DNA of 64,000 bases from Candidatus Parcubacteria bacterium (GTDB lineage Bacteria; Patescibacteriota; Minisyncoccia; Phycocordibacterales; PALSA-1337): contig JBEBAU010000018.1 in the NCBI GenBank assembly GCA_041158765.1, forward strand, positions 2,557 through 66,556, in the 5' to 3' direction. Below, piece after piece: positions 28,048-37,395 of this stretch (the first letter of the stretch is position 1; every line of letters starts with the position of its first letter). The position numbers and the translations under genes were made by a program. The notes beneath the pieces are model-generated. The model was not told the origin of the DNA. It made no database searches and saw only the letters and a program-made list of their open reading frames with translations.

Positions 28048-29373
28048 TTAGAGTGAAAGAGAAGTCTCTACTCCAGAAACGAGCGTCTTGATCTTCAAGA
28101 TGCCGTTTTTTGTTTCTTCATCGCCAATGACGATGATATGTGGGACACCGCGCTTGTCTGCGGCTTTGATTTGATCGCCGATTTTGCGTCCAGAAATATC
28201 TACTGAAATTCGTGGTGAATTAATTCCTAATACTGTCTGTTCGCGGAGCTTTTTTGCGATAGCAAGTGCATAGTTTGTATTCTGTTCTCCAACAACAATA
28301 ATCATAATATCAGCAGGCGTAGATGCAGGGGGGAGTGAACCATATGTATCCATAAGATCAGATGCAATGACGTCTCCCATACCAAAACCAACAGCAGAGA
28401 CTTTGTCGCCACCAAACAAATCAAGGAGATCATCGTAGCGACCACCACCAGCAACAGATCGACGATTCTCTGGATTCTTGTCAAAAATTTCAAATACTAT
28501 ACCCGTATAGTAATCAGAACCACGTGTAAGTGTTTGATCAAAGACAGCATTGGTAATGCCAAGTTCCTCAAGCCCTGCGAGTACAGCTTTTATTTCACTA
28601 ATGCCTTCGTGTTCTTCGGTTGTTTGAGGGAGATTACTTGTGAATTCCTCGAAGTTTTTTGAATTGAGAATAGTAAGGAGCTTCGCGGTTTTTGTTTCAT
28701 CACCAAGTACTTCACTAATTGCGGTGACGAATACCTCCTTGGGCATCTTGTTCTTGCGATCGATTGCCTTCAAAAGTGCATTTGCTTTCACTTCATCAAG
28801 ACCGAATATATCACGACCGATATAGTTCATGACCTTGCGATTGTGAATACGAATTTCAAAATCAGTGTCTGTGAGACCAAGCTTGCGAGTAATATCGTAT
28901 GCGATTTGAATACATTCAATCTCAGCGGCGAGACTTGATACGCCGAAAATATCCATATTATATTGCCAAAATTCACGAAGACGACCGCGCTGAGGATTCT
29001 CATATCTGAAAAGGTTCGGTATCGAATACCAACGAAGAGGGTATACAAGTTCGCGCTTACGAGCAGCAACCATGCGGGCAACTGTCGGTGTCATTTCTGG
29101 TCGAAGCGTTACTTCACGGTCACCTCGATCGATAAAGGTATATGTCTGTTGATTGATGATTTCTTCGCCAGACTTAGCTCGATAGAGATCTGCTGGCTCA
29201 AGAACAGAAGCGTTGTATTCTTCATAGCCATACTTCTCACTCACACTGCGCCAAATATCAAAAATGTGCTTCTCAACAGCCATATCTGCCGGAAAGAAGT
29301 CTCGAACGCCTTTGTAGCTCTCGGTTGAGAGCTTGGGGTTAGCTTTTGCCTTGTGTTCATTCATGGGGTACAT
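28048..29373 (-). CDS. hisS: Histidyl-tRNA synthetase
   Basis: Class II core motifs (TYTFIDRGDREVTLRPEMT, FRYENPQRGRLREFWQ) and a C-terminal anticodon-binding domain; start trimmed to an internal Met (MYPMNEHK) to avoid overlap with truB. Confidence 0.85.
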   Translation of the reverse strand: MYPMNEHKAKANPKLSTESYKGVRDFFPADMAVEKHIFDIWRSVSEKYGYEEYNASVLEPADLYRAKSGEEIINQQTYTFIDRGDREVTLRPEMTPTVARMVAARKRELVYPLRWYSIPNLFRYENPQRGRLREFWQYNMDIFGVSSLAAEIECIQIAYDITRKLGLTDTDFEIRIHNRKVMNYIGRDIFGLDEVKANALLKAIDRKNKMPKEVFVTAISEVLGDETKTAKLLTILNSKNFEEFTSNLPQTTEEHEGISEIKAVLAGLEELGITNAVFDQTLTRGSDYYTGIVFEIFDKNPENRRSVAGGGRYDDLLDLFGGDKVSAVGFGMGDVIASDLMDTYGSLPPASTPADIMIIVVGEQNTNYALAIAKKLREQTVLGINSPRISVDISGRKIGDQIKAADKRGVPHIIVIGDEETKNGILKIKTLVSGVETSLSL

Positions 29374-29385
29374 TGTAGCTAATAT

Positions 29386-30258
29386 ATGCCAGACAAACAA
29401 GAAAAAAGCGCAGCGAAGGCTGTTTTGGCGCGCACAAGTCCCGTGATCGTCTTTCAGAAAAAGCTTGGCGAAACGCCGTTGGCCGCTCTTGAGCGTGCGC
29501 GTATTGAGTATGGAATTGCTGTAGATGTGCCCATGACATATGCAGGGAGGCTTGATCCGATGGCAGAAGGTGTGTTGTTGTTGCTTGTTGGGGAAGAGTG
29601 CAAGAAGAAGGGTGAGTATCTTGGACTCGATAAAGAGTATGAGGTAGAGATTGTTTTCGGGATCTCGACAGATACGTATGATATGCTCGGCTTGGCGGAG
29701 GCGCCTGACGGGCGCAACGGGTCATATATGCATACTGCAAAAATCGAACAGTTGATGGCTGTGGATTTTCAAAAATATGTTGGAAAGTTCTCGCAACCGT
29801 ATCCGGCTTTTTCTTCTAAGACTGTTGGTGGCGTGCAATTGCATACACTTGCGCGAGCGGGGGAGCTGCCAGATGAAAATGAAATGCCATCAAAAGATGT
29901 GGAAATATATTCTATTGAGGTGGTTGATGAAAAAACAAAAAATATGGACGGTGTGAAAGGTGTGGCGCAGGGGATTTCAGCTGAAAAGTTGCGTGAGCGA
30001 ATTATGAGTGGAATTGAGCTGGTGAAGGGGGATTTTCGGCAGGAGGAAATCATTAAACAGTGGGATTCAGTTTTTCGGACAGTTGAATTCGGTGGCAGTC
30101 AATTCAAGTGTCCGAATTTCCGAATTGTGCGTATACGTGTGAAATGTTCGAGCGGCACATATATGCGCTCTCTGGCTGAAAGAATCGGGCGAGAACTCGG
30201 TGTGGGTGGGTTTGCGCTTTCAATTAAAAGGCTTTCTGTGGGGTCGTTTCGTCTATAA
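29386..30258 (+). CDS. truB: tRNA pseudouridine(55) synthase TruB
   Basis: Catalytic motif AGRLDPMAEGVLLLLVG (TruB family); typical length. Confidence 0.85.
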   Translation: MPDKQEKSAAKAVLARTSPVIVFQKKLGETPLAALERARIEYGIAVDVPMTYAGRLDPMAEGVLLLLVGEECKKKGEYLGLDKEYEVEIVFGISTDTYDMLGLAEAPDGRNGSYMHTAKIEQLMAVDFQKYVGKFSQPYPAFSSKTVGGVQLHTLARAGELPDENEMPSKDVEIYSIEVVDEKTKNMDGVKGVAQGISAEKLRERIMSGIELVKGDFRQEEIIKQWDSVFRTVEFGGSQFKCPNFRIVRIRVKCSSGTYMRSLAERIGRELGVGGFALSIKRLSVGSFRL

Positions 30259-30292
30259 TTGTCGCGTTGTACCTCCGTGTTTTTAATGAAGG

Positions 30293-30320
30293 TTGCTTTA
30301 TTTCGTAGTTGTGGTATACT
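30293..30320 (+). promoter_or_regulatory. Promoter TTGCTT-16-TGgTATACT (extended -10) driving a short transcript upstream of the helicase gene
   Basis: Seen in sequence. Confidence 0.4.
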
Positions 30321-30396
30321 AGGATTACAAAAATGAAACGGTTTAGAATAGTTCAACCACAGAACTTCTCGTCGGAGAAGGCCGTTTGGGAAGAAT

Positions 30397-30423
30397 CGCC
30401 AGAAATGGCGGTTTTTCTTTTTT
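30397..30423 (+). terminator. Intrinsic terminator (cgcca gaaa tggcg + gtttttctttttt) closing a ~95-nt leader/sRNA
   Basis: Seen in sequence, about 70 nt upstream of the helicase ATG 30490. Confidence 0.5.
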
Positions 30424-30489
30424 ATGGCTGAAATAATATTTGTAGGCGATGTATTGATGTATCATTTAGTAGCGTATAATAGATTTTTT

Positions 30490-32361
30490 ATGAAAGACGA
30501 AACAAATAAAAAGCAGCAGCTCGAAAAAAAAGAACTTATCGATAAAAAGCAGCTGCTCAATGAGCTCAAAGCGAAAGTTGAAATAATTCGCGGGCATATC
30601 TCAGCTGAACAATTGAAAGTGCGAACGCTTGCCGAAAAGCCACTGAGCGAAATAAAATCTCTCAACCCTGAAGATCAGGTTGTGTATATGAATTTGCGAG
30701 CACAATCGGGGCAACGTCTCCAAGAGCTTGCTGATTTACTCGGAGCGCCGTTTTTTGTGCGATGCGATCTGACATATAAGAGAACAGGCAAAAATCGCGT
30801 GCGCTATTTCGCTAAGTATCATTTCACCGAAGATGATATCTATTCTTGGGTAACACCAGCCGCAACAATTCGTTTTGAAAAACCCGGACATATTCAGTAC
30901 AAATTACCAAATGGCGTGATCGAACAGGCTCTTATGACGCGCAAAGAACAATATATGATTGTTGATGGCAAGATCATTTTCTTTTCGGTTGAGACGATAG
31001 ATATGCCACGGGAGCTCATTCATCAAGAGCATTTTTCTACACGAAAAGGTGGCTTTTTGCTTCCTGAAATTGTTGCAGTGATGGAAAAAGCACAAGATAT
31101 GGTCATTCGCGCTCATCATGTCGGGCCATTTGTGATTTCTGGTCCTGCAGGTTCGGGCAAAACAACGCTAGCTCTCCATCGAGTTGCATATCTTGTGCAG
31201 GCTCCTGACACGGCGGTCCTCTATCCGAGAAGGTCGGTGATGGTTTTTGTTCAGGATAATGGTACGAAGGATTACTTTTCACATCTATTGCCAGAACTTG
31301 GTATTACAGATGTAGAGATAACCACATTTTTTGAGTGGGCATGCGCGATTCTGGATTTGGATTTGAGTCGAGATCAATATGTGCAACGACGAGGAAAGAA
31401 TGAGGTTGAGCAAGATATGCTCGAATTTGAGCGTTTGAAAAAACTGCGAGCAAAAGAAATTCCAAGTTGGAATGAGACAAAAGTTTTTTTGAAAAAGAGC
31501 GCCACGTTCGACCGTATTGATCTTACCGTTGCGCTTGTTTCGTATTTCAAACATCATAAAAAGTTCGAGACAAAACATCAGTATATGTCAGTTGAAAGGA
31601 ATGGTGAATTGAAGGAACGCACTCGCAAAACTCCAATTCAATATTCACTCCTCGTTGTTGATGAATTTCAGAATTATATGCCGGAGCAGCTTGAACTGCT
31701 CAATGCTTGCCTCGACTCCGAAACTCGTTCGGCTGTATATGTGGGGGATATGGCGCAGCAGATTCATGCGGGGACGCTGCGATCGTGGAATGATATTGGT
31801 ATTACCATATCAGGTGATCGCGAAGTTCGATTACAGAAAGTGTATCGAAATACCCGTCAAATTCTCGAATATATTCGTAAGCTTGGATATTCTGTTGAGA
31901 TTCCAGAGGGAATAAAAGATGGTCCGGAAGTTTCAGAAATTACTTTTTCTGAAAATGAAATAGGTGCTAGCCAAAATAGAGATGAAACCACAGAGACAAT
32001 TTCATATATACAAAAACTGCTTGAAAGTCGAGATGGCTTAATTGGCGTAATTGGAAAATCAGAGCAGGATATTTCAGAAATCAAAAAGTATTTTGAAAAT
32101 GGGGCAACGAAAAATCCACGAGTCCACGTCATGACGATGGCTCTCGCACAGGGAGTTGAATTCGATATTGTGTGTATCGTTGGTATGAAAAAAGATATGT
32201 TCTCAATTAGACATTCGCAAGATTTCATCAAACAAGCGCCCGAATTCATCGAGGAAAAGAAAAAGATTCAAAAAGATTTGCTCTATGTTGCGCTTACTCG
32301 AGCAATTAGTGAAATGCATGTGCTTGGTGGTGCACGATTGTCTGAAATTATACAAAAATAA
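30490..32361 (+). CDS. UvrD/Rep-family ATP-dependent DNA helicase, HelD (helicase IV)-like with a coiled-coil N-terminal domain
   Basis: Walker A ISGPAGSGKTTLALHRVAYL; motif II LLVVDEFQNY; C-terminal motifs; start at MKDETNKK with TATAAT 13 nt upstream. Confidence 0.7.
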   Translation: MKDETNKKQQLEKKELIDKKQLLNELKAKVEIIRGHISAEQLKVRTLAEKPLSEIKSLNPEDQVVYMNLRAQSGQRLQELADLLGAPFFVRCDLTYKRTGKNRVRYFAKYHFTEDDIYSWVTPAATIRFEKPGHIQYKLPNGVIEQALMTRKEQYMIVDGKIIFFSVETIDMPRELIHQEHFSTRKGGFLLPEIVAVMEKAQDMVIRAHHVGPFVISGPAGSGKTTLALHRVAYLVQAPDTAVLYPRRSVMVFVQDNGTKDYFSHLLPELGITDVEITTFFEWACAILDLDLSRDQYVQRRGKNEVEQDMLEFERLKKLRAKEIPSWNETKVFLKKSATFDRIDLTVALVSYFKHHKKFETKHQYMSVERNGELKERTRKTPIQYSLLVVDEFQNYMPEQLELLNACLDSETRSAVYVGDMAQQIHAGTLRSWNDIGITISGDREVRLQKVYRNTRQILEYIRKLGYSVEIPEGIKDGPEVSEITFSENEIGASQNRDETTETISYIQKLLESRDGLIGVIGKSEQDISEIKKYFENGATKNPRVHVMTMALAQGVEFDIVCIVGMKKDMFSIRHSQDFIKQAPEFIEEKKKIQKDLLYVALTRAISEMHVLGGARLSEIIQK

Positions 32362-32364
32362 AAA

Positions 32365-32391
32365 CCGCTAAGCTTGCGCTTGCGGTTGTGT
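32365..32391. terminator. Hairpin (aaccgc-t-aagc/gcttgcggtt) between convergent genes
   Basis: Seen in sequence. Confidence 0.4.
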
Positions 32392-32420
32392 GTGAATGTC
32401 ACGCGACTCTCGACTACCTG

Positions 32421-33050
32421 TCATCGCCATTCGGGCCGGAACAAAAATGTTCCAGTGAGTAGGATAAGAGATCCCTCGGGGGACCCGTCAGCATTCAGTC
32501 GGCTGTAATTCCATCGCCCATTCGCATTCGGCCCGTAATTTCGCCATAGCACTGCTTTTGCAGGCTTGCCAACATTATTCGTGATGGCGAGCTTGTTGAT
32601 TGGGTATGGACTGTCGTGTCCTGCAGAGAGCGAAATGGTTATCGCCGCATCGAGTGCGGGAAGTGTGCACTCAACGATATTCGTATCGCCGAACGACAGC
32701 ACCGAGCTTGGTGCGTTGTTCGGGTTTGCGTCAACCATGATTTTCGACGAGCGAAAATACTGGTTTTGGCTGTTATCGCCGGGGGAATTGTAAGTTCCCT
32801 GGAATGTGGTGCCGGCATTGGTGCCGTTATCCACAAGACCAACACAGTTCCATGTGAACATGTCACTGCTACCTTCAACCGCATAGGCGGAATAGGGTTG
32901 GCAGTTTGATGCGGTCAATGTGACGAACACACGGCCAGCATTCATACTGTCGGGTGTGATCCCGAGGATCGTAATTGTCTGCGCGGGGAGGGCGGACAGG
33001 GTAGCCATCACAAACAATGTGATATACAACCCATACTTTTTGGTTTTCAT
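32421..33050 (-). CDS. Hypothetical secreted protein with a signal peptide, in a GC-rich (about 55%) segment
   Basis: N-terminal MKTKKYGLYITLFVMATLSALPAQT signal; Asn/Gly/Ser-rich mature part; GC far above the window average. Confidence 0.45.
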   Translation of the reverse strand: MKTKKYGLYITLFVMATLSALPAQTITILGITPDSMNAGRVFVTLTASNCQPYSAYAVEGSSDMFTWNCVGLVDNGTNAGTTFQGTYNSPGDNSQNQYFRSSKIMVDANPNNAPSSVLSFGDTNIVECTLPALDAAITISLSAGHDSPYPINKLAITNNVGKPAKAVLWRNYGPNANGRWNYSRLNADGSPEGSLILLTGTFLFRPEWR

Positions 33051-33204
33051 TCGCGGTGTTTCTTTCGTGGTTGGGAGTTGAGGTTTGGAGACGCATTACG
33101 ATCGACGTGAGGCTTAGTGTCGACGCGAGATTGTAAAGGAACAAGGGTTTGTGCTTGCTCAGGTAATATTGTCTCACTTTTAGTGAACATTGTCAATACA
33201 GTGA

Positions 33205-33325
33205 TAAAAAGAATATCCACAAGCTTTGAGAGGGCTTTCGCAGGACATGAAGATGTCCGAGAATGAGCTAGAAAGTCAGCAGACTTTCATAGTGTACCTC
33301 GATAAGCTTGTGGATATTCTTTTTA
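33205..33325 (-). ncRNA. Candidate structured 3'-UTR element, copy 2 (22-bp perfect terminal inverted repeat plus two internal hairpins), transcribed with typA
   Basis: Arms taaaaagaatatccacaagctt (33205-33226) and the exact reverse complement (33304-33325); the right arm overlaps the typA stop codon; internal hairpins gaaagtc/gactttc (loop TGCTG) and ggacat/atgtcc with a UGC bulge; homologous to 37670-37786. Confidence 0.35.
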
Positions 33326-35128
33326 GAGATCTTTTCGCTTTGCTTTTGCGCGGTCGTTGTCGGTGAGGAATTTCTTGCGGAGGCGGACATTCTTTGGAGT
33401 GATTTCAAGATATTCATCTTCACGCATGGTTTCGAGTCCTCGTTCGATATCGAGATCCCAGTGAGGAGTGAGCATGATGTGTTCGTCGTTTCCAGATGAG
33501 CGCATATTGCTCATTGCTTTTGCTTTACATGGATTCACGTCCATATCATCACCCTTCGATGTATCACCAACAACCATACCCTCATAGACATCAGTTGTAG
33601 GACCAATGAAGAGGCGACCACGTTCCTGTAGATTCCAAAGTGCGAAAGCAAGAGCCTTGCCGGTCATCATTGATGTCATAGAACCAGTGCCGTGCTTTTC
33701 GATTTCACCTGCATACGCACGGAATTCAAGGAAACGACTTGAAAGAATACCTTCACCCTTGGTATCAATAACGAAAGCACCTCGATATCCAAGAAGACCT
33801 CGAGTAGGAATTTCAAAAACCATTCGAACCTGATTCTCTTTTGTTTTCATATCCACCATCTGTGCTTTGCGCTTGCCGAGCTTTTCGATAATAACTCCTG
33901 AAGCTGTTTCAGGTGCATCAATAGTGAGCTCTTCGTATGGCTCGCTCTTAATCATTTTGCCATTAGCATCAGCAATGTCTTTCACAATAACTTGTGGCTG
34001 AGAAACCTGAAGTTCATATCCTTCACGGCGCATGTTTTCGAGAAGAACAGCAATGTGAAGCTCTCCACGGCCGAAGACTTTGTAATATTCACTTGATGAA
34101 AAATCTACTTTGAGACCGACGTTGATCTCGAGCTCTTTTTCGAGACGTTCACGGATTTGGCGACCTGTTACGAATTTGCCTTCTTTGCCCGCAAAAGGAG
34201 AGTTGTTAACGAGGAAGTTGAGGGAAATAGTCGGTTCATCAATCTTAATTGTTGGCATTGCAACAGTCTCTTGATTGTCGGTGATAGTTTCACCAATGAA
34301 GATTTCAGGAAGACCTGCAACTACAGCAATGTCTCCTGCTGCGGCTTCTTTGACCTCAACACGCTGCTTACCGGTGAATGTAAACATCTTGGTGATTTTG
34401 CCTGCCATTGTTGAACCATCAACTCGCTTCACGAATACATTCTGACCGTCTCGAAGCATTCCGTCGTACACACGACAAACCGCAAGTCGTCCAAGGAAGT
34501 TATCGTATCCAAGATTGAAAACCTGAGCTTTGAGAGGAAGTGATGCTTGTTCTGGAGTGTTGGCTGGAGGAACGTGTGAAAGGATACAGTCGAGAAGAGG
34601 TTTGAGATCAGTTGCTTCATCAGACATCTTCATCTTTGCAACACCTTGTCGGCCAATAGCGTATACGGTAGGGAAATCAATCTGGCTGTCATTGGCACCG
34701 AGCTCCATGAAGAGTTCGAGCACTGCATCGTGAGTACCATTCACATCTGCAGCTGGCTTGTCGATCTTGTTGATAACAACGATTGGCTTCATACCAAGCT
34801 CGAGAGATTTCTTGAGTACAAAACGTGTCTGTGGCATTGGGCCTTCCTGTGCATCAACAATGAGGAGCACGTTGTCAATTGATCGAAGCACACGTTCTAC
34901 TTCTGAACCGAAGTCGGCGTGACCTGGAGTGTCAACGATGTTGATCTTGGTGCCCTTATATTCAACCGAAGTATTCTTCGCATAAATAGTAATACCGCGC
35001 TCTTGTTCGAGGGCGTTGCTGTCCATTGAACCTTCATCGGTATGACCACATTGAGTCATGATGGCATCGGTCAAGGTTGTCTTGCCGTGGTCCACGTGAG
35101 CGATGATTGCGATATTGCGAATTTCCAT
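33323..35128 (-). CDS. typA: Translational GTPase TypA/BipA
   Basis: G-domain [22 protein letters not shown]; EF-G-like domains; 601 aa. Confidence 0.9.
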   Translation of the reverse strand: MEIRNIAIIAHVDHGKTTLTDAIMTQCGHTDEGSMDSNALEQERGITIYAKNTSVEYKGTKINIVDTPGHADFGSEVERVLRSIDNVLLIVDAQEGPMPQTRFVLKKSLELGMKPIVVINKIDKPAADVNGTHDAVLELFMELGANDSQIDFPTVYAIGRQGVAKMKMSDEATDLKPLLDCILSHVPPANTPEQASLPLKAQVFNLGYDNFLGRLAVCRVYDGMLRDGQNVFVKRVDGSTMAGKITKMFTFTGKQRVEVKEAAAGDIAVVAGLPEIFIGETITDNQETVAMPTIKIDEPTISLNFLVNNSPFAGKEGKFVTGRQIRERLEKELEINVGLKVDFSSSEYYKVFGRGELHIAVLLENMRREGYELQVSQPQVIVKDIADANGKMIKSEPYEELTIDAPETASGVIIEKLGKRKAQMVDMKTKENQVRMVFEIPTRGLLGYRGAFVIDTKGEGILSSRFLEFRAYAGEIEKHGTGSMTSMMTGKALAFALWNLQERGRLFIGPTTDVYEGMVVGDTSKGDDMDVNPCKAKAMSNMRSSGNDEHIMLTPHWDLDIERGLETMREDEYLEITPKNVRLRKKFLTDNDRAKAKRKDL

Positions 35129-35436
35129 AATATGTAAGCGAAAATTAATAAACGATTGATTGAAAATTGGTCGAAAGTTCTAGAGAAATTTGAGCCAAAT
35201 GAAAACGAGCCACAGGCTCAGTTAGGCTCCTATTAAAGCATAAATTGAGTGGGGAAGTCAACTAGTGTTCAAATAGCCTATTCCTTGCCTAAAAAGAAGT
35301 ATTGTATATAATAATCAACACATGAAAACAGCGCAGACAACCGCAAACAAGGCCTATCACTTTATTAAGGTCAATTTCCTTGCTTGGAATTCATATTCTA
35401 GGGTTGGTGTTTGCGATGTATCTCTCTCACGATAAA

Positions 35437-35480
35437 TCTCTGACACAAGCCCTGGAATGACCCAGGGCTTGTTTGTTGCA
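35437..35480 (+). promoter_or_regulatory. Two adjacent perfect hairpins (acaagccctgg/ccagggcttgt 11 bp; tttgttgc/gcaacaaa 8 bp) in the leader of the downstream gene
   Basis: Seen in sequence; no U-tract, so not a typical terminator. Confidence 0.3.
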
Positions 35481-35519
35481 TGGCGCAACAAAAAGTCTGT
35501 TCTTTACACAATCAAAAAT

Positions 35520-35879
35520 ATGAACTCAATCACTACCATATCTCGTGCGGATATTCGCCGTTCGAAATCAAATAATGAACCGTTTGTTGGTGCAGAAAAA
35601 CACGGCAGTGTCGGTTGGCTATCCACCACGCCAACTGAAGGCACTGGAGAAGTGTGGCACGAACTTCGGTGTTGGAGGAAAGAGGGATATGAATTTGGTT
35701 GGATTTCGGTTGAGGAGTTTGTTGAGCGCAAAAACAAAATCAAAAATGCGAATAGAACGTTTTATGCTACGCATCCAAACGAACTTCGCGGAAAGATTGA
35801 TTTGAAAAGGGGGAGAATTGGTGGATCACGTCGTGTTTCACAGTGGGATGTTTTTTTCTTTGCTTCGCCTGGGTGCTGA
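35520..35879 (+). CDS. Hypothetical protein (Trp-rich, basic)
   Basis: ORF with protein-like composition followed by a strong terminator; start may be 35457 (ATG inside the hairpin loop) or 35520. Confidence 0.4.
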   Translation: MNSITTISRADIRRSKSNNEPFVGAEKHGSVGWLSTTPTEGTGEVWHELRCWRKEGYEFGWISVEEFVERKNKIKNANRTFYATHPNELRGKIDLKRGRIGGSRRVSQWDVFFFASPGC

Positions 35880-35886
35880 TAAACCA

Positions 35887-35920
35887 AAAGGGTGTCACAT
35901 ATGACACCCTTTTTTATTTT
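35887..35920. terminator. Intrinsic terminator (aaagggtgtca cata tgacaccctttttt), bidirectional between convergent genes
   Basis: 11-bp stem with flanking A/T tracts. Confidence 0.65.
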
Positions 35921-35933
35921 TCTACTATGCGTG

Positions 35934-36518
35934 TTATTTTTGGAGATTTTTCAAATAATATGTCCAGCCTGGCTGCCATTTCCAAGGTTTTGTGACGGCA
36001 TTTTCGAGAGGTTCTTTGTTGATGAGATGGTCGAGTGCGTATTGTGTTGCGCGATGACCAATAATCATAACTTTTGGGCAGTTATTGGTATGAGTGCCCT
36101 GTTCGTCATATTCGGCGAGTAGTTCTTTCAAAAAAGATTTCATGCGTGCAGTGGTTTGTGAATAGCTTTCACCTTTTGAAAATTGCTCGGTGAGATGATG
36201 GGCTTTTTCAATTTCAAATTCTTTCACAGGCTTACCTGTCCAATCTGGCCCACAATCTATTTCATTCAAACGCTTGTCACGAATAACGGTAATATCGCCA
36301 GAACGAATACGCTCAGCAAAAGCAATATTCGCACTATTATATGAGCGCTTGAGATCTGAACAGAAGATTGCATCAAATTGACGATTGGCATATCGCACAC
36401 CCATTTCTGCTGATTGTTTTTCACCAAGTGGAGAGAGCCCAACATCATGCTGGCCAGAAAATAGTCCAGCTTCATTGTCGAATGTTGTTCCGTGGGCCTC
36501 AAACGTAATTTTGATCAT
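35934..36518 (-). CDS. Histidine phosphatase superfamily (phosphoglycerate mutase-like) protein
   Basis: N-terminal ITFEAHGTTFDNEAGLFSGQHDVGLSPLGEKQ aligns to the RHGE...G motif region (with Ala in place of the usual Arg); second His in IIGHRATQYAL. Confidence 0.6.
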   Translation of the reverse strand: MIKITFEAHGTTFDNEAGLFSGQHDVGLSPLGEKQSAEMGVRYANRQFDAIFCSDLKRSYNSANIAFAERIRSGDITVIRDKRLNEIDCGPDWTGKPVKEFEIEKAHHLTEQFSKGESYSQTTARMKSFLKELLAEYDEQGTHTNNCPKVMIIGHRATQYALDHLINKEPLENAVTKPWKWQPGWTYYLKNLQK

Positions 36519-36558
36519 ATAAGCATCCTAGCAGATTAATTGACACAACTCCAGCTCT

Positions 36559-37308
36559 GTGATTGAATCACGTAAACCCCATTGTCAAAAATTGTCCAAA
36601 ACGAAAGAGAATACTGTGAACGCATTATTACACCGGCTTCTGTGTGAATCGGCGATAAAATACATTTTTCTGATTTCTGGTCCGTCCGGAAGTGGGAAAA
36701 CAACCCTGTTTGATCTGTTGCTCGAAATCTATTCTGGTCAAATGACGCGAGCGATTACATGCACGACACGTGCGCCACGTTTGAAAACCGGAACTGATCC
36801 ACGAATTGCTCCGGTTATGGAAGTGGATGGCCAAGATTATTACTTCTACACGAGACGACGCTTCTTGGAAGAGGTGAAAAAAGGTTTTTTCATTGAACAC
36901 GCTATGGTGCATGGAAAACACTACGGCATTCTGCGAAAAGAAATCTTCACCCTCCTCGGGGAATCGAACCATGTGCTGTTGAACCTCGATGTTCAGGGTG
37001 CGAAGCGTGTTCGCACCAAGGTCGCAAAAACTGATCCAGTTATTGCTGCTCGTCTCGTGGACGTATTCCTTACGCCTCGGTCGCTCGCTGTGCTTGAAAA
37101 GCGGTTGAAAAATCGCAAAAGTGAAAGTCCTGCGCAGCGTCTGAAGCGACTTGAGTCGGTCGAGCGGGAAGTTGCCTGCTCGAAGGACTTCGCGCACTTG
37201 ATTGAAAGTGGCACCCCACAGGAGGATCTTGAGATGATGGAAGCGATCATGATTACCGAAATCATGAACCGCGAACGCCGCCGGACACCTTTCGAATTGA
37301 CGGATTAA
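36559..37308 (+). CDS. gmk: Guanylate kinase
   Basis: P-loop ISGPSGSGKTTL; TTRAPR...DGQDYYF guanylate kinase signature; true start may be downstream of 36559. Confidence 0.8.
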   Translation: MIESRKPHCQKLSKTKENTVNALLHRLLCESAIKYIFLISGPSGSGKTTLFDLLLEIYSGQMTRAITCTTRAPRLKTGTDPRIAPVMEVDGQDYYFYTRRRFLEEVKKGFFIEHAMVHGKHYGILRKEIFTLLGESNHVLLNLDVQGAKRVRTKVAKTDPVIAARLVDVFLTPRSLAVLEKRLKNRKSESPAQRLKRLESVEREVACSKDFAHLIESGTPQEDLEMMEAIMITEIMNRERRRTPFELTD

Positions 37309-37316
37309 GCTGTTGT

Positions 37317-37348
37317 AAGCCGTTTTGCTCACGCAAAACGGCTTTTTT
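37317..37348 (+). terminator. Intrinsic terminator (gccgttttgc/gcaaaacggc + TTTTTT)
   Basis: 10-bp stem, loop tcac, T-tract. Confidence 0.7.
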
Positions 37349-37359
37349 CTATGAGAATC

Positions 37360-37388
37360 TTGCAAAAGTGACGCCCGTCTGCTATAGT
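37360..37388 (+). promoter_or_regulatory. Promoter TTGCAA-17-TATAGT; -10 ends 7 nt before the rpmE ATG (leaderless transcript likely)
   Basis: Seen in sequence. Confidence 0.5.
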
Positions 37389-37395
37389 TTCTCGC

